From: Eledone cirrhosa
Lineage: Eukaryota
Length of the DNA stretch: 64,000 nt
Direction: 5' to 3'
Assembly (NCBI GenBank): GCA_964016885.1
Contig: OZ024740.1
Span: forward strand, 393,390,001 to 393,454,000
Position numbers and translations under genes: made by a program. Positions 1 through 11,260 of the stretch are shown here, piece after piece (the first letter of the stretch is position 1; each line of letters starts with the position of its first letter). A model generated the notes under the pieces. It saw only the letters and a list, made by a program, of their open reading frames with translations, had not been told where the DNA came from and did no database searches.

Positions 1-1992
1 AGAAGAGACCCTACCCCACGTAGACCCTATAGAGGGACCAGCAGTACAAGTCAGCGGCAGCGTAGTAAGTAAGGCAATCAGAGATATGAAGATAGGGAAG
101 GCAACCGGTCCATCGGGTATAGCTGCCGAGATGCTGAAGGCATCTGGGTCTGTAGGTCACACTATAACCACACGTATCGTTAACCAGGTAATACTAGAGG
201 GGGCCATACCAAAAGATTGGTGCAGTAGCATCATTGTCAACTGCTACAAAGGTAAAGGCGATGCACTAGATAGAGGAAACTATAGAGGTATAAAGTTGAT
301 GGACCAGGTCATGAAAGTAACAGAAAGAGTTATAGCACAGCTGATTAGGGACCGGGTGAATATAGACGAGATGCAATTTGGGTTTGTTCCAGGGAAAGGC
401 ACCACTGATGCGCTCTTCCTTGTGAGGCAATTACAGGAAGAAGTACCTAGCTAAAAGTAAGCCACTCTACCTGGCATTTGTCGACCTTGAGAAAGCCTTT
501 GACAGAGTTCCACGTGCAGTAATCTGGTGGGCTCTTAGAAAACTAGGAGTAGATGAATGGCTTGTGAAAGCGGTACAAGCCATGTATAGGGGAGCAGTCA
601 GCAAAGTTAGGATTGGCAATGAGTATAGCGAGGAATTTAGCGTACAGGTTGGGGTCCACCAGGGCTCTGTTCTTAGCCCTCTCCTGTTCATCATAGTCCT
701 GCAGGCAATAACGGAGGAGTTTAAGACCGGATGCCCATGGGAACTCCTGTATGCTGATGACCTCGCACTCATAGCTGAATCTATGGTAGAACTAGAGAAT
801 AAATTCCAAACCTGGAAGCAGGGACTAGAGAGAAAGGGCCTCAAAGTCAACATGACAAAGACTAAGGTCCTTATAAGTAGACGAGAAAACAGAACCCAGA
901 TCCCTCAGGGAAATGGCCTTGCTCAGTATGTAGGAAAGGTGTAGGTAGGAACTCCATTCTTTGCCCCAAATGCAAACAATGGGTACACAAGAGATGTAGC
1001 GGGATCTCAGGAAGCTTAATTAAGAATGTAGGATTCACATGCAGCAGCTGTGCTGAAACAGCAAGCAAACAGCCACAGGAAACAAGTACCACCAATCTCT
1101 GGGAGGGCCCTGTAGAAACAGTAGACAGCTTCTGCTACCTAGGTGACCGAATTAGCAACGGAGGTGGGTGCTCAGAAAGTACAATAACTAGGGTAAGAAC
1201 GGGATGGAAGAAGTTTAGGGAACTACTACCACTGCTAGCTGCAAAAGGCTTCTCCCTCAGAATGAAAGGCAGACTGTATGATGCGTGTATCCGAACAGCG
1301 ATGTTGCATGGTAGTGAGACCTGGGCGCTGAAGGTGGAAGACTTACGTAGATTAGAGAGAAACGAAGCCTGCATGCTCCGATGGATGTGTAACAGTAATA
1401 TACGTGAACGACAAAGCATAAATGAATTGAGAGAGAGACTGAGCATAAGAGGAATCAAATGCTGCGTGCAGGAGAGGCGGTTACGCTGGTATGGACATGT
1501 GATGCGTATGAAGGATGACAGCTGCATAAAAAGGTGCAGAGCACTAGAAGTTGATGGAAACCGCGGAGTGGGGAGACCCAAGATGACTTGGGATGAGGTG
1601 ATAAAAGCCGACCTTACCCAACTACACCTCTCAAAGTCAATGACACACGACCGTGACTTCTGGCGTCACGCAGTAATACAGGGTACCCGACCTCCCATGG
1701 GTACATGCTGAAGCATATAAACAATATGCCCCCCCCCCCCCACCGCAAGGTGGTCGTGGAGGTGCCACGGCAAAAAAGCTGGACGTGTAGGCGCCACGAA
1801 AAAGCACCCAGCACTCACTGTAAATGAGGTTGGTGTTAGGAAGGGCATCCAGCTGTAGAAATCAAGCCAGATCAGTTCCTGTATGAGCAAGGCATGGTCA
1901 GCCGACCAGACACTGCCCACAACAGGACAACCCGTCTAACCCATGCTAGCGTGGAAGAACGGACGTAAAACGGTGATGATGATGATGATGAT
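1..1992 (+). mobile_element. RTE-clade non-LTR retrotransposon, 3' half (RT with inserted PHD finger, 3' UTR, (GAT)n tail); frameshifted
   Basis: ORFs 86-454, 564-944 and 1262-1711 give RT motifs KGKGD..NYRGIKL, QFGFVPGKGTTDA, AFVDLEKAFD, GVHQGSVLSPLLF, LLYADD and RLRWYGHVMR/GRPKMTW. They are joined by frameshifts and end in (GAT)n at ~1974-1993. Confidence 0.95.
920..1051 (+). other. PHD-type C4HC3 zinc finger embedded in RTE ORF
   Basis: Manual translation CSVCRKGVGRNSILCPKCKQWVHKRCSGISGSLIKNVGFTCSSC = C-x2-C-x10-C-x2-C-x4-H-x2-C-x14-C-x2-C. It lies between LKVNMTKTKVL and ETVDSFCYLGD. Confidence 0.85.
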
Positions 1993-2080
1993 GATATATA
2001 TATGAATATATTCATATATATATTTATATTCATATATATATATATATATTCATATATATATATATATTCATATATATATA

Positions 2081-2140
<60 letters not shown>

Positions 2141-2208
2141 TATATATATATATATATTCATATATATATATATATATATATATTCATATATATATTCATA
2201 TATATATA

Positions 2209-2242
<34 letters not shown>

Positions 2243-2298
2243 TATATATATATATATATATATTTATATATTCATATATATATATATATATATATATA

Positions 2299-2344
<46 letters not shown>

Positions 2345-2512
2345 TATATATATTCATATATATATTCATATATATATATATATTCATATATATATATATT
2401 CATGTATATATATATATATTCATATATATATATATATATTCATATATATATATATATATATTCATATATATATATTCACATATATATATATATATATTCA
2501 TATATATATATT

Positions 2513-2574
<62 letters not shown>

Positions 2575-2702
2575 TATATATATATATATATATATATATT
2601 AATATATATATATATATTCATATATATATATATATATATATTCATATATATATATATATATATATTCATATATATATATATATATATTCATATATATATA
2701 TT

Positions 2703-2746
<44 letters not shown>

Positions 2747-3046
2747 TATATATATATATATATATGAATATATATATATATATATATGAATATATATATA
2801 TATATATATATGAATATATATATATATATATATATATATGAATATATATATATATATATATGAATATATATATATATATGAATATATATATATATATATA
2901 TATATGAATATATATATATATATATATGAATATATATATATATATATATGAATATATATATATATATATATGAATATATATATATATATATATGAATATA
3001 TATATATATATATGAATATATATATATGAATATATATATATATATA

Positions 3047-3084
<38 letters not shown>

Positions 3085-3315
3085 TATATATATATATATA
3101 TATATATGAATATATATATATATATATATGAATATATATATATATATATATGAATATATATATATATGAATATATATATATATATATATGAATATATATA
3201 TATATATGAATATATATATATATATATATGAATATATATATCTATATGAATATATATATATATATAAATATATATATATGAATATATATATATATATATG
3301 AATATATATATATGA

Positions 3316-3347
<32 letters not shown>

Positions 3348-3356
3348 ATATATGAA
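1993..3356. repeat. (TA)n microsatellite with TTCA/TGAA interruptions
   Basis: Directly visible. Variant units are TTCA up to ~2750 and TGAA after ~2760. Confidence 0.97.
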
Positions 3357-4300
3357 TAGGCAATCAAAAACCCGGCTGACGCTGCCCATTTACAGCAGGA
3401 TCTGGATGCCATATACAAATGGGCGGAAGAAAACAACATGCAGTTTAATGCTGGTAAATTCCAAGCCCTACAATACAAACCTGCAAACACAAATATAGTG
3501 GAACACAACTACACAGGACCAGGAGGGACCGATATCCCCGTGTCAAATCGATACAAGACCTGGGCATAGACATGAGTGATGATGCATCTTTTTCTTCACA
3601 CATCATGAAAGTGGTGACAATGTGTAGACGACTCGCTGGCTGGATCTTGAGGATTTTCCAGACAAGAGATCGAGACACCATGTTGACACTATGGAGGACA
3701 TTTTTCCTAAGCCGCCTGGACTACTGCTCCCAGTTGTGGTCACCCCATAGTGTCAAACTAACCACGGAGCTTGAGGCAATCCAGCGAAGCTACACCAAGA
3801 GGATTGCCAAGATGAGGGAGACAAGCTACTGGGAGAGGCTAAAGGAACTGAACCTCTACTCCTTGGAGCGAAGACGGGAGAGATACGCAGTGATCTACAT
3901 GTGGAAAATCCTGGAGGGACTAGCACCAAACTTTGGCATTGGGAGCTGGACTAACCGTCGAACAGGACGTCACTGTGTGGTGCCAAAGGTCCCGTCTTCC
4001 ACATCTAGAATAGCCTGGGATTCAAGGGCCCTCAACTCTTCAACAGGCTGCCGAGGGATCTGAGAGACTTGCATGATGTGGAGGTGGATGTCTTCAAGAA
4101 ACATCTCGACACCTTGTTATCCAGGATCCCGGATGAGCCCACAGCAAGACACGAGGGAAACCTAAGGGCAGCAGCAACAAACTCCCTCTTACACCAGTGG
4201 CCAACCTATACAGGCTGGAGATAAAATGTGTAGCAACAAGGGCGGTGCCCCAGTATGGCCTCAGCCGGATGGCTGAAACAGGTAAAAGAGTAAAAGAGAA
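3357..4300 (+). mobile_element. CR1/L2/Jockey-group LINE 3' fragment (RT C-terminus plus tail)
   Basis: LQQDLDAIYKWAEENNMQFNAGKFQ, QDLGIDMSDD, SRLDYCSQLWSP, SYWERLKELNLYSLERRRER and [16 protein letters not shown]. Tail is gcggtgccccagtatggcc...gaaacagg(taaaagag)2. Confidence 0.88.
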
Positions 4301-4310
4301 TATATATATA

Positions 4311-4376
<66 letters not shown>

Positions 4377-4438
4377 TATATATATATATATATACATATA
4401 TATATACATATATATATATTCATATATATATATATATA
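4300..4438. repeat. (TA)n microsatellite
   Basis: Directly visible. Confidence 0.95.
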
Positions 4439-4477
4439 ATTTAAATTCAAGAATTTTATATTCTTCGAATTAAAAGA

Positions 4478-4561
4478 ACCTTCTGACGAGAATCTTTCTT
4501 TGCAACGAAGGCCGTATGGTCTCCGTTTATTTTTGAGATTCGAAACCGATTCGGTAAAGGT
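4478..4561 (+). ncRNA. Type I hammerhead ribozyme (canonical core)
   Basis: Stem I ACCTT(4478)/AAGGT(4557); CTGACGA 4483-4489; stem II GAATCT/AGATTC; GAAA 4542-4545; near-palindromic stem III ACCGA-T-TCGGT; cleavage triplet GTA 4554-4556. Confidence 0.85.
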
Positions 4562-4676
4562 AACTATAGTAAGTAATAAAGTCAATTTTTAAAAATTTAT
4601 TTTGAAACTTTTTCATTATTTGCTAAACCTTGATTATATATGTTCTGGCTCGTTAATTTATTAACCTGCCATTGAA

Positions 4677-4772
4677 CTATATATGAATATATATATATAT
4701 GAATATATATATATGAATATATATATATATATATATGAATATATATATATGAATATATATATATATGAATAT

Positions 4773-4803
<31 letters not shown>

Positions 4804-5019
4804 AATATATATATATGAATATATATATATATATATATATATGAATATATATATATTCATATATATATATATGAATATATATATATATGAATATATATAT
4901 ATGAATATATATATATATGAATATATATATATATGAATATATATATATATGAATATATATATATATGAATATATATATATATGAATATATATATATGAAT
5001 ATATATATATATATATATA

Positions 5020-5057
<38 letters not shown>

Positions 5058-5100
5058 TATATATATATATATATATATGAATATATATATATATACATAT
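4677..5100. repeat. (TA)n microsatellite with TGAA interruptions
   Basis: Directly visible. Confidence 0.95.
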
Positions 5101-6756
5101 ACAGAGAGGGGAGAAAAAACATAGATAGACAAATAGACAACAACACCATTGACACAAAATGCATTTTAGAACATTTATCGCAATATAGATTTTAAATAAA
5201 ACTTACATAAATATTTAGAATGTATGTTTGAGATTGTAGCATTTGTGTGACAGACAGACAAAAAATCCAGTACTATCGTTATTATATAGAATTGGAAAGA
5301 TGGTTGGGATGTTGCTGCCAGAAAGTCTTAATGTCTAATTAGTAGGTAAAATAACTACGTAGAAGTTTTCTCAATAGTTTCATAGGTTAAATGTGTAACA
5401 AACAATTCCGACAATGAAGGTTAATTTTAGATTTAAAAATAAAATAAATAAAAAATAAGCTCAAAACTAAGAATAACATTTGCAGGAAGAATTTATTCCA
5501 GTATTTGGTTTAGCTCATATGATGTCAATAATATAAAAGTGTGCTGAAAGTTAAGACCTCGGCAATTTGAGTGAATAAACAAATTCTTTCAAATTCTTTC
5601 TTTAGTGCTTCCTTCACTCCACATTTTCTGAGAGTGGCATGTCTCCCAATTCCATTCTTACCACGGATGTTTACAGAGATTGACATTTTGGATTCCGGTC
5701 AGAGATAATATAACTTTACTCTGACTGAGAAACTTTACAGAATTAACCTTGTTAATCTGTCTGGAGTCTAAACAAGCTATAGAAGTAAATGGTGTTGAGT
5801 GGGATGCCAACTTCTAAGGTAAAACCATAGAATTGTAAAGAATAAGAAAAAACTAGAAATGTAAAGAATTTTCAAAACAGACATTGAATCATAATACACC
5901 CATACATTCCATGTCAGATTTGAATTTGCCAGTATCCATTGCTAAACTGAAAATTCTTTAAAATGCTTAATGATTAGTAAGTTTAGCCGAACTCAGCAAG
6001 ACTAACCTTTGCTAACAAAGTTAATCTTCATTAGCAATACTAATATCTAATTTACTGAGTCTCTAGAACATTGTATAGACTGCTTTGTGGTATTCATTCT
6101 GGCTTTCTGCATTCTGATTTCAAATTGCGCTGAGCCAACTTTGCCTTTCATCTTTTTGCAGTTCATAAATAAAGTACTAGATAAGTACTGGGGTTGCTTC
6201 TATCTCTATATATCTCTCGTTTTATCTCTATCTTTTTTTTGTTGCTAAAATTGACAGTTTTCAGACCAGGAGAAGGATGGCACCTCTATGACTTCCTTGG
6301 AGTTGAAGACCTATGGACGGATGGAAGGATAGGTGGAACTTTTCCTTGGAAAATTAACTTTCATCAGCAAAATTAAGCTTTGCTTGAAAAACTAAACTTC
6401 AATTACAATATTAGTATTCATTTGCAAAACTAGTCTTAAACCACTTAGTTTAATCCTCATTCTAAGATGTTGCCCAAAACCATTATGTGGTCTAATTTCA
6501 TAAGGAGATGAATACATATAAATAATACTCTATATAGTTATTTATTCATAACCCATGTCTTATTGGTACTCTGATTTGTCACACCTGTACCATTATGTAA
6601 ATGAGTTGTGTTTAATCACATGAGCTTGTTGTCTTCTGATGCTTTTACTTGGCATCTTGAGAAGGAGAATTGAGTAGATCAATAAAGAAACCAGTTGGTT
6701 TCTTATCCAAAGCTGATGAAAAAGTCATTGTGGTGACTAATTTCACAGTGGTGAGA

Positions 6757-7164
6757 TCATCATCATCATCATCATCAACGTTTAACGTCCGTGTTCCACG
6801 CTTGCATGGGTTTGGACGGGGGTAGTCCCACTTGAGGCAAGAGTGATTGTCTTGCTCGCATAGGACTGTCTGGCAGGTTTTCTACAGTTGGATGCCCTTC
6901 CTAACACCAACCACATTTACAGTGTGGGTCTGGGAGGTTTTTACCGTGTTGCCTACACGGCCACATTACAGCGTGGACTGTGTGTTTTTTTGTCGTGACA
7001 CCTACACGATCTCATTTGTTTCGGCCTGGATGGCGCGGCACCAACATAACTTTACATAGGACGGGTGGTGTGGATGGGTGGGGGAGGTGGCGGGACGGGG
7101 TGTATTTTGTTAGAGATGCCTACTGGCAAGGCGGGTCTTCTCTGTTACTGAGTACCGCCAAAGG
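6757..7164 (-). mobile_element. RTE 3' end (UTR plus (GAT)n tail), 5'-truncated
   Basis: Near-identical to 28220-28650 and 56234-56780. (CAT)n tail on the plus strand. Confidence 0.85.
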
Positions 7165-7789
7165 TATATATATGGATATAAATGAATATTATTTATTCAT
7201 AGGGTCGAGTTGAATTAATTGCTGTTGATGTAGCTGTTAACCCCACGTCATCGCTGACCACTCAGAGTTATGATCAAAGGTATTCCAACCAAGACCATTC
7301 CATCATTTTCCAGATATAATATATCTAGTACTCCAATACCTAATGCAACCTCCCTCCATTTAAGAAAAAAGCCAATATGATTTTAGTGACATTTGGCAGC
7401 TATTTCTACATGGTTAGGAAATCAAAATAATTAACTTAATTTAGTATACTTAATAAGCATATTTTTCATCATCATTAATCCACTAATAATACTTCCTTAT
7501 CATCAGTCAAATACTGATTTTTCAGTGCTGTGAGCAGCACCACACTATGGTTAGTCTTCTACAATGTTAGTTACCTTCACATAGAACCAGGCTAGAACAA
7601 AGGGGTGCCCAGGCTGGTCAGTTGGCTGTTAGAGGCACAGAGGGATGTTTTGATAAAGAATTACATTATAATTTTATAAACTCTTCTAATTCTTTTATAC
7701 TGTTGCAAATCATTTTGAAAATTATCAAGAATTTAGAGGGATTTAGTAATTTAGTATCTAGATTTAGTATCTAATTTTAACATTATAAA

Positions 7790-8089
7790 TTTGATGTTTG
7801 AAACATAACTTAAGAAAGGTTCTTACATAAAATTATGTTCTTACATAAATTCAAGTATGAATACTTTAAAACAAATGGCTATGTATCATATAGCCAGGTG
7901 CAGTTTAAGGTGGTTTGCAACAAAAAAGGGTTTAAAAAAAAGTTTAACACATTACTTTTCTTGTTCTGTACTGTTTCAATCAAATATTATGATGGAAAGA
8001 TCTTAAATAACTCTAAACACTTTAAAATGAACAGTTTTGTATTGTAGAACCAGGGGTGACTTCAGGCTGTTTGGTATCCAAAGGGTTAA
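7790..8089. mobile_element. TTAA-ended MITE remnant (piggyBac-like end)
   Basis: Ends in ggtatccaaagggttaa. Related degraded copies at ~21440-21690, ~24105-24320, ~37312-37490 and ~49141-49370. Confidence 0.5.
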
Positions 8090-8489
8090 TGAGCAATTTG
8101 AAATGGGGTCTACATTTCACATCAGGCCTAGACCTATTATCAGCATTACACGATCTACATATAACTAAACTTCAGCCTCCTGTACTGAATTTATCACACC
8201 TTCCAAAACCTAATTCCACGCACACATACATACAATCATCTGCATGCATGCATACACACACACACACACACAAACACACACTAAAGTACTTATTGATAAA
8301 CCCATTTTCACAAATAAAAAGACAAATACAAGGCAGCAGAAGTGAAATAAAGAAAGAAAGGTAGCATTAAGTAGTTGTTGTAATGGGTGTTTAACTCAGG
8401 TTAACCTTAATTGAACAGATCTATGATCAAAGGTTTTAGGACTACACCATTCAATGTATCTCTGTTTTGTAAGACAGAAGAGTATTATT

Positions 8490-8675
8490 TTGGATTGGCA
8501 GTATTGGTAGAGGGTCGGACGCCATGCTTTCCAGCATAGTTACGTCCCTTTACGATCTGAGTTCAAATCCCGCCGAGGTTGACTTTGCCTTTCATCCTTA
8601 CGGGGTCGATAAAATAAAGTATCAGTAATGCACTGGATAATTGCTGGCCTTGTGCCTAAAGTAGAAACAATTATT
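8490..8675 (+). mobile_element. tRNA-derived SINE, family B
   Basis: tggcagtat.ggtagag A-box-like and gagttcaaatccc B-box, central gcctttcatccttacggggtcgataaa, ending gtagaaacaatta. Many copies in the window. Confidence 0.85.
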
Positions 8676-9861
8676 TGAGGAAGGTTTAGCTGCTACTTCT
8701 AGTTTAGCTACTAAATATAAAAGTGTGCTGGAAGCTACGGGCTCAACAGTAACAAATTCTTTTTTCCTTCTTTCTTTAATACTTCCTCCCTTTCCAATTT
8801 CATTCTTACAACAGATGATGATGACAGAGTAATACTACCTCAATTAGTGGCAAGCAGCCAAATGTTTTAGCAGCAGTTTTAACATGAATAAATGCTGCTC
8901 AGAATAGACTAACAGATAAAGAGATAAGTTATTATTTGTTCCATATATTAAAGTACCAACATGCAAATTAATGACATGTATTGTAGTTAAACAGTGATAC
9001 ATTTAATGGCCATATATTGATAAGCCCAGGATAACAATTGAAATATATATAGAATCTGTCTAGAGACATATAGCTAGAAACAAACAGGGGATTAAATTTC
9101 TAAGAGTTCATTGATGTAAATACTCTGGTTAACATTTATTGACTATAGTGTCACATCTGATATTATTTTTCTCTCTTTCTTTTTCTATTATTGGTTGAAG
9201 AACTGAGCAAATTTGAATACATGAAACATTGGGGTGGTTGAATTTTACAATGAGATTCCCATAATCACTCTCTCTAAACATTTCAATAAGCAAACAATAC
9301 ATCCTCCATTTTGAGGACCTCTACGCTGTGGAAGTTATACACCTCTTATGTAAGCCTGCTGTTGTTTGCAGCAATCTATTATCCAACCTTTTCCACTGTT
9401 ATATCATTATAAACTGTTAGGATTTTAATGTAAAAAAATGTTAGACACACTCATTTCACAGAGAAAAAGAAAAAGGATTTTGATCTATGAAACAAATTAT
9501 AGAATATGACTGGAGACGATGGAGAGACAGACATTCTGTAGTGTTATCTGTAAAGTAATTGCCCAACAAGTGTTATATGCCTTATGTTCATTCTGTGGGC
9601 CTCTTGCTCTTTCATTTGTCATATTGCTATGCATTGTAACTTCACTATATTGAGAGAAATGGTACACTGCTTTGAGAAGAAACCAAACTGCTTCAATAGA
9701 ATTTTGCTAAAATATGAGTTGAGTTGTTTGTCTATGCATTTAGGTACAAATAACTTTAGAGCTTGGGTTCTAAGCCCAAATCATTTTTATGGCAAAAATC
9801 CTTATTGCCTCTACTAACTAGCTCATTTCTCCAGATCTAATACTGCTCGCAGTTAGACACA

Positions 9862-10075
9862 CACAGAGCTGTGTGTTTGAGAAGTTCACTTAACGACCAT
9901 GTGGTTCCAGGTTTGATTCCATTTTTAGCCCTATTGGCTAGTGTGTACAACTTAGTAGTTTCAGGAAGACCAATACCTTGTGAGTAGAATTTGGTAGATG
10001 AAAGATGTACAAGTTGTTTGTGAGTGGGAGTATTTATTTGTGAGTATGTAATTATATAGGTATGTATGCATACAC
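9862..10075 (+). mobile_element. Old SINE, family C
   Basis: Shares ccttgtgagt..aatttggtaga.g.aa core with 52295-52620, 20860-21330 (-) and 58320-58450 (-). Confidence 0.55.
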
Positions 10076-10182
10076 AAGTTAAGACTCTTTTCATATTATT
10101 TGAAGCATTAAACTAATATATTTCTTTATTGTACTATGTCGTTTACTTTGTTATTTTTGTTTACTTTTTACATGCATACATA

Positions 10183-10439
10183 TCTTCTTCTTCGTGCTCT
10201 TGCTTGACAAAGCCGGAGTCATCCTAAACCAGAGATCCCAGAAGCATCATTGTGTATAAAGCTGACCAGGTCCAACAGCACCCTCCATCACTGGTGGTCC
10301 CATGCCAGCTCCTCTGCATCCTCCAAGGTGATGTCGAGCCTCTAGAGATCTTCTCTGATGACATCCAGCCATCTGGTGCTGGGCCTGCCGCATGGCCTCT
10401 TCCAGCCTGCATATATATGCCGCATGGTCTCTTCCAGAC

Positions 10440-10441
<2 letters not shown>
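10183..10441 (-). mobile_element. RTE (BovB-like) 3' terminal fragment
   Basis: Minus translation GWKRPCGRPSTRWLDVIREDL...AEELAWD..WR, with a (GAA)n tail. Confidence 0.7.
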
Positions 10442-10504
<63 letters not shown>

Positions 10505-10506
<2 letters not shown>

Positions 10507-11260
10507 GGTTGGTGTTATAAAAGACACTATGGGGAGGAGGTACATATCAAACACCTGGGACCAGAATTTTGACATCAGCTGATGAGAATATGGTACAAGT
10601 ATGTAAGTTGAAGGGAACTGTGTGAAATTTAGTTTGACATTGCAATAAAGAAACAACAGAAATACAAAGCCAATGATGTTTAAAAGACTGCAGAAGACAA
10701 ATATTTCACAAGAAAGCAAGTAATATGAGGCTGGAATGCTGAATTAAAGTAAACACCAACAGAGAAATAAGAATTTGTTGGGATGGCTACTAGAAATGAA
10801 ATAGTGAGATACCTTGCATTAGAACGTACTGAGAAAGGACTGCTGGAAAGAAATAGGAGAAAGCTTGAAATCTGTTTATACAGACAGAGGAAATGGGAGA
10901 AATATGATATAATGAATAATAAAATAAAACAGTATGATCAAACTAGGATGTCATCAGAGAATATAGAGCACAGTAAGATACTGTGATGCAGGTAAACATG
11001 CTCTCAATATAGTGAAAAAGATATGTAGAGCTGTTATTCTGAAGAGATGCTTAAACTAAAGACAATGAATAGAAGACATGTTTATCGAAAATAAGTAAAC
11101 CTGATCAAGAGGCCAGGCAGATATAGAGATCAGGGAGGTTAAACAATTAGATTACATAAAAAACTAGGAAAGCTACTGTGGCTTTAAACTGCAGTATCCC
11201 ATAGTTGATAGTTGATCTATTAACAACATAGAACTACAAGAGAGAAAGCCAGTATGAGTG
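10505..11260 (+). mobile_element. Highly degraded LINE 3' region (probably RTE)
   Basis: Purine-rich, LINE-like composition with decayed remnants resembling RTE C-terminal motifs. No intact motif. Confidence 0.35.

Noticed and set aside
467-1581. Minus-strand ORFs over the RTE (also 16996-17693, 59759-60895, 62102-63346)
   Set aside because: Antisense shadows of retroelement coding frames.
2002-5195. Long Ile/Tyr-rich ORFs
   Set aside because: Translations of (TA)n microsatellites. The same applies to the His/Thr/Cys/Val-rich ORFs at 23090-23505 and 27411-27959.
6194-6376. ORF ending PGEGWHLYDFLGVEDLWTDGRIGGTFPWKINFHQQN after an acceptor-like AG
   Set aside because: Protein-like but with no recognisable homology or supporting exons; it begins in a SINE remnant.
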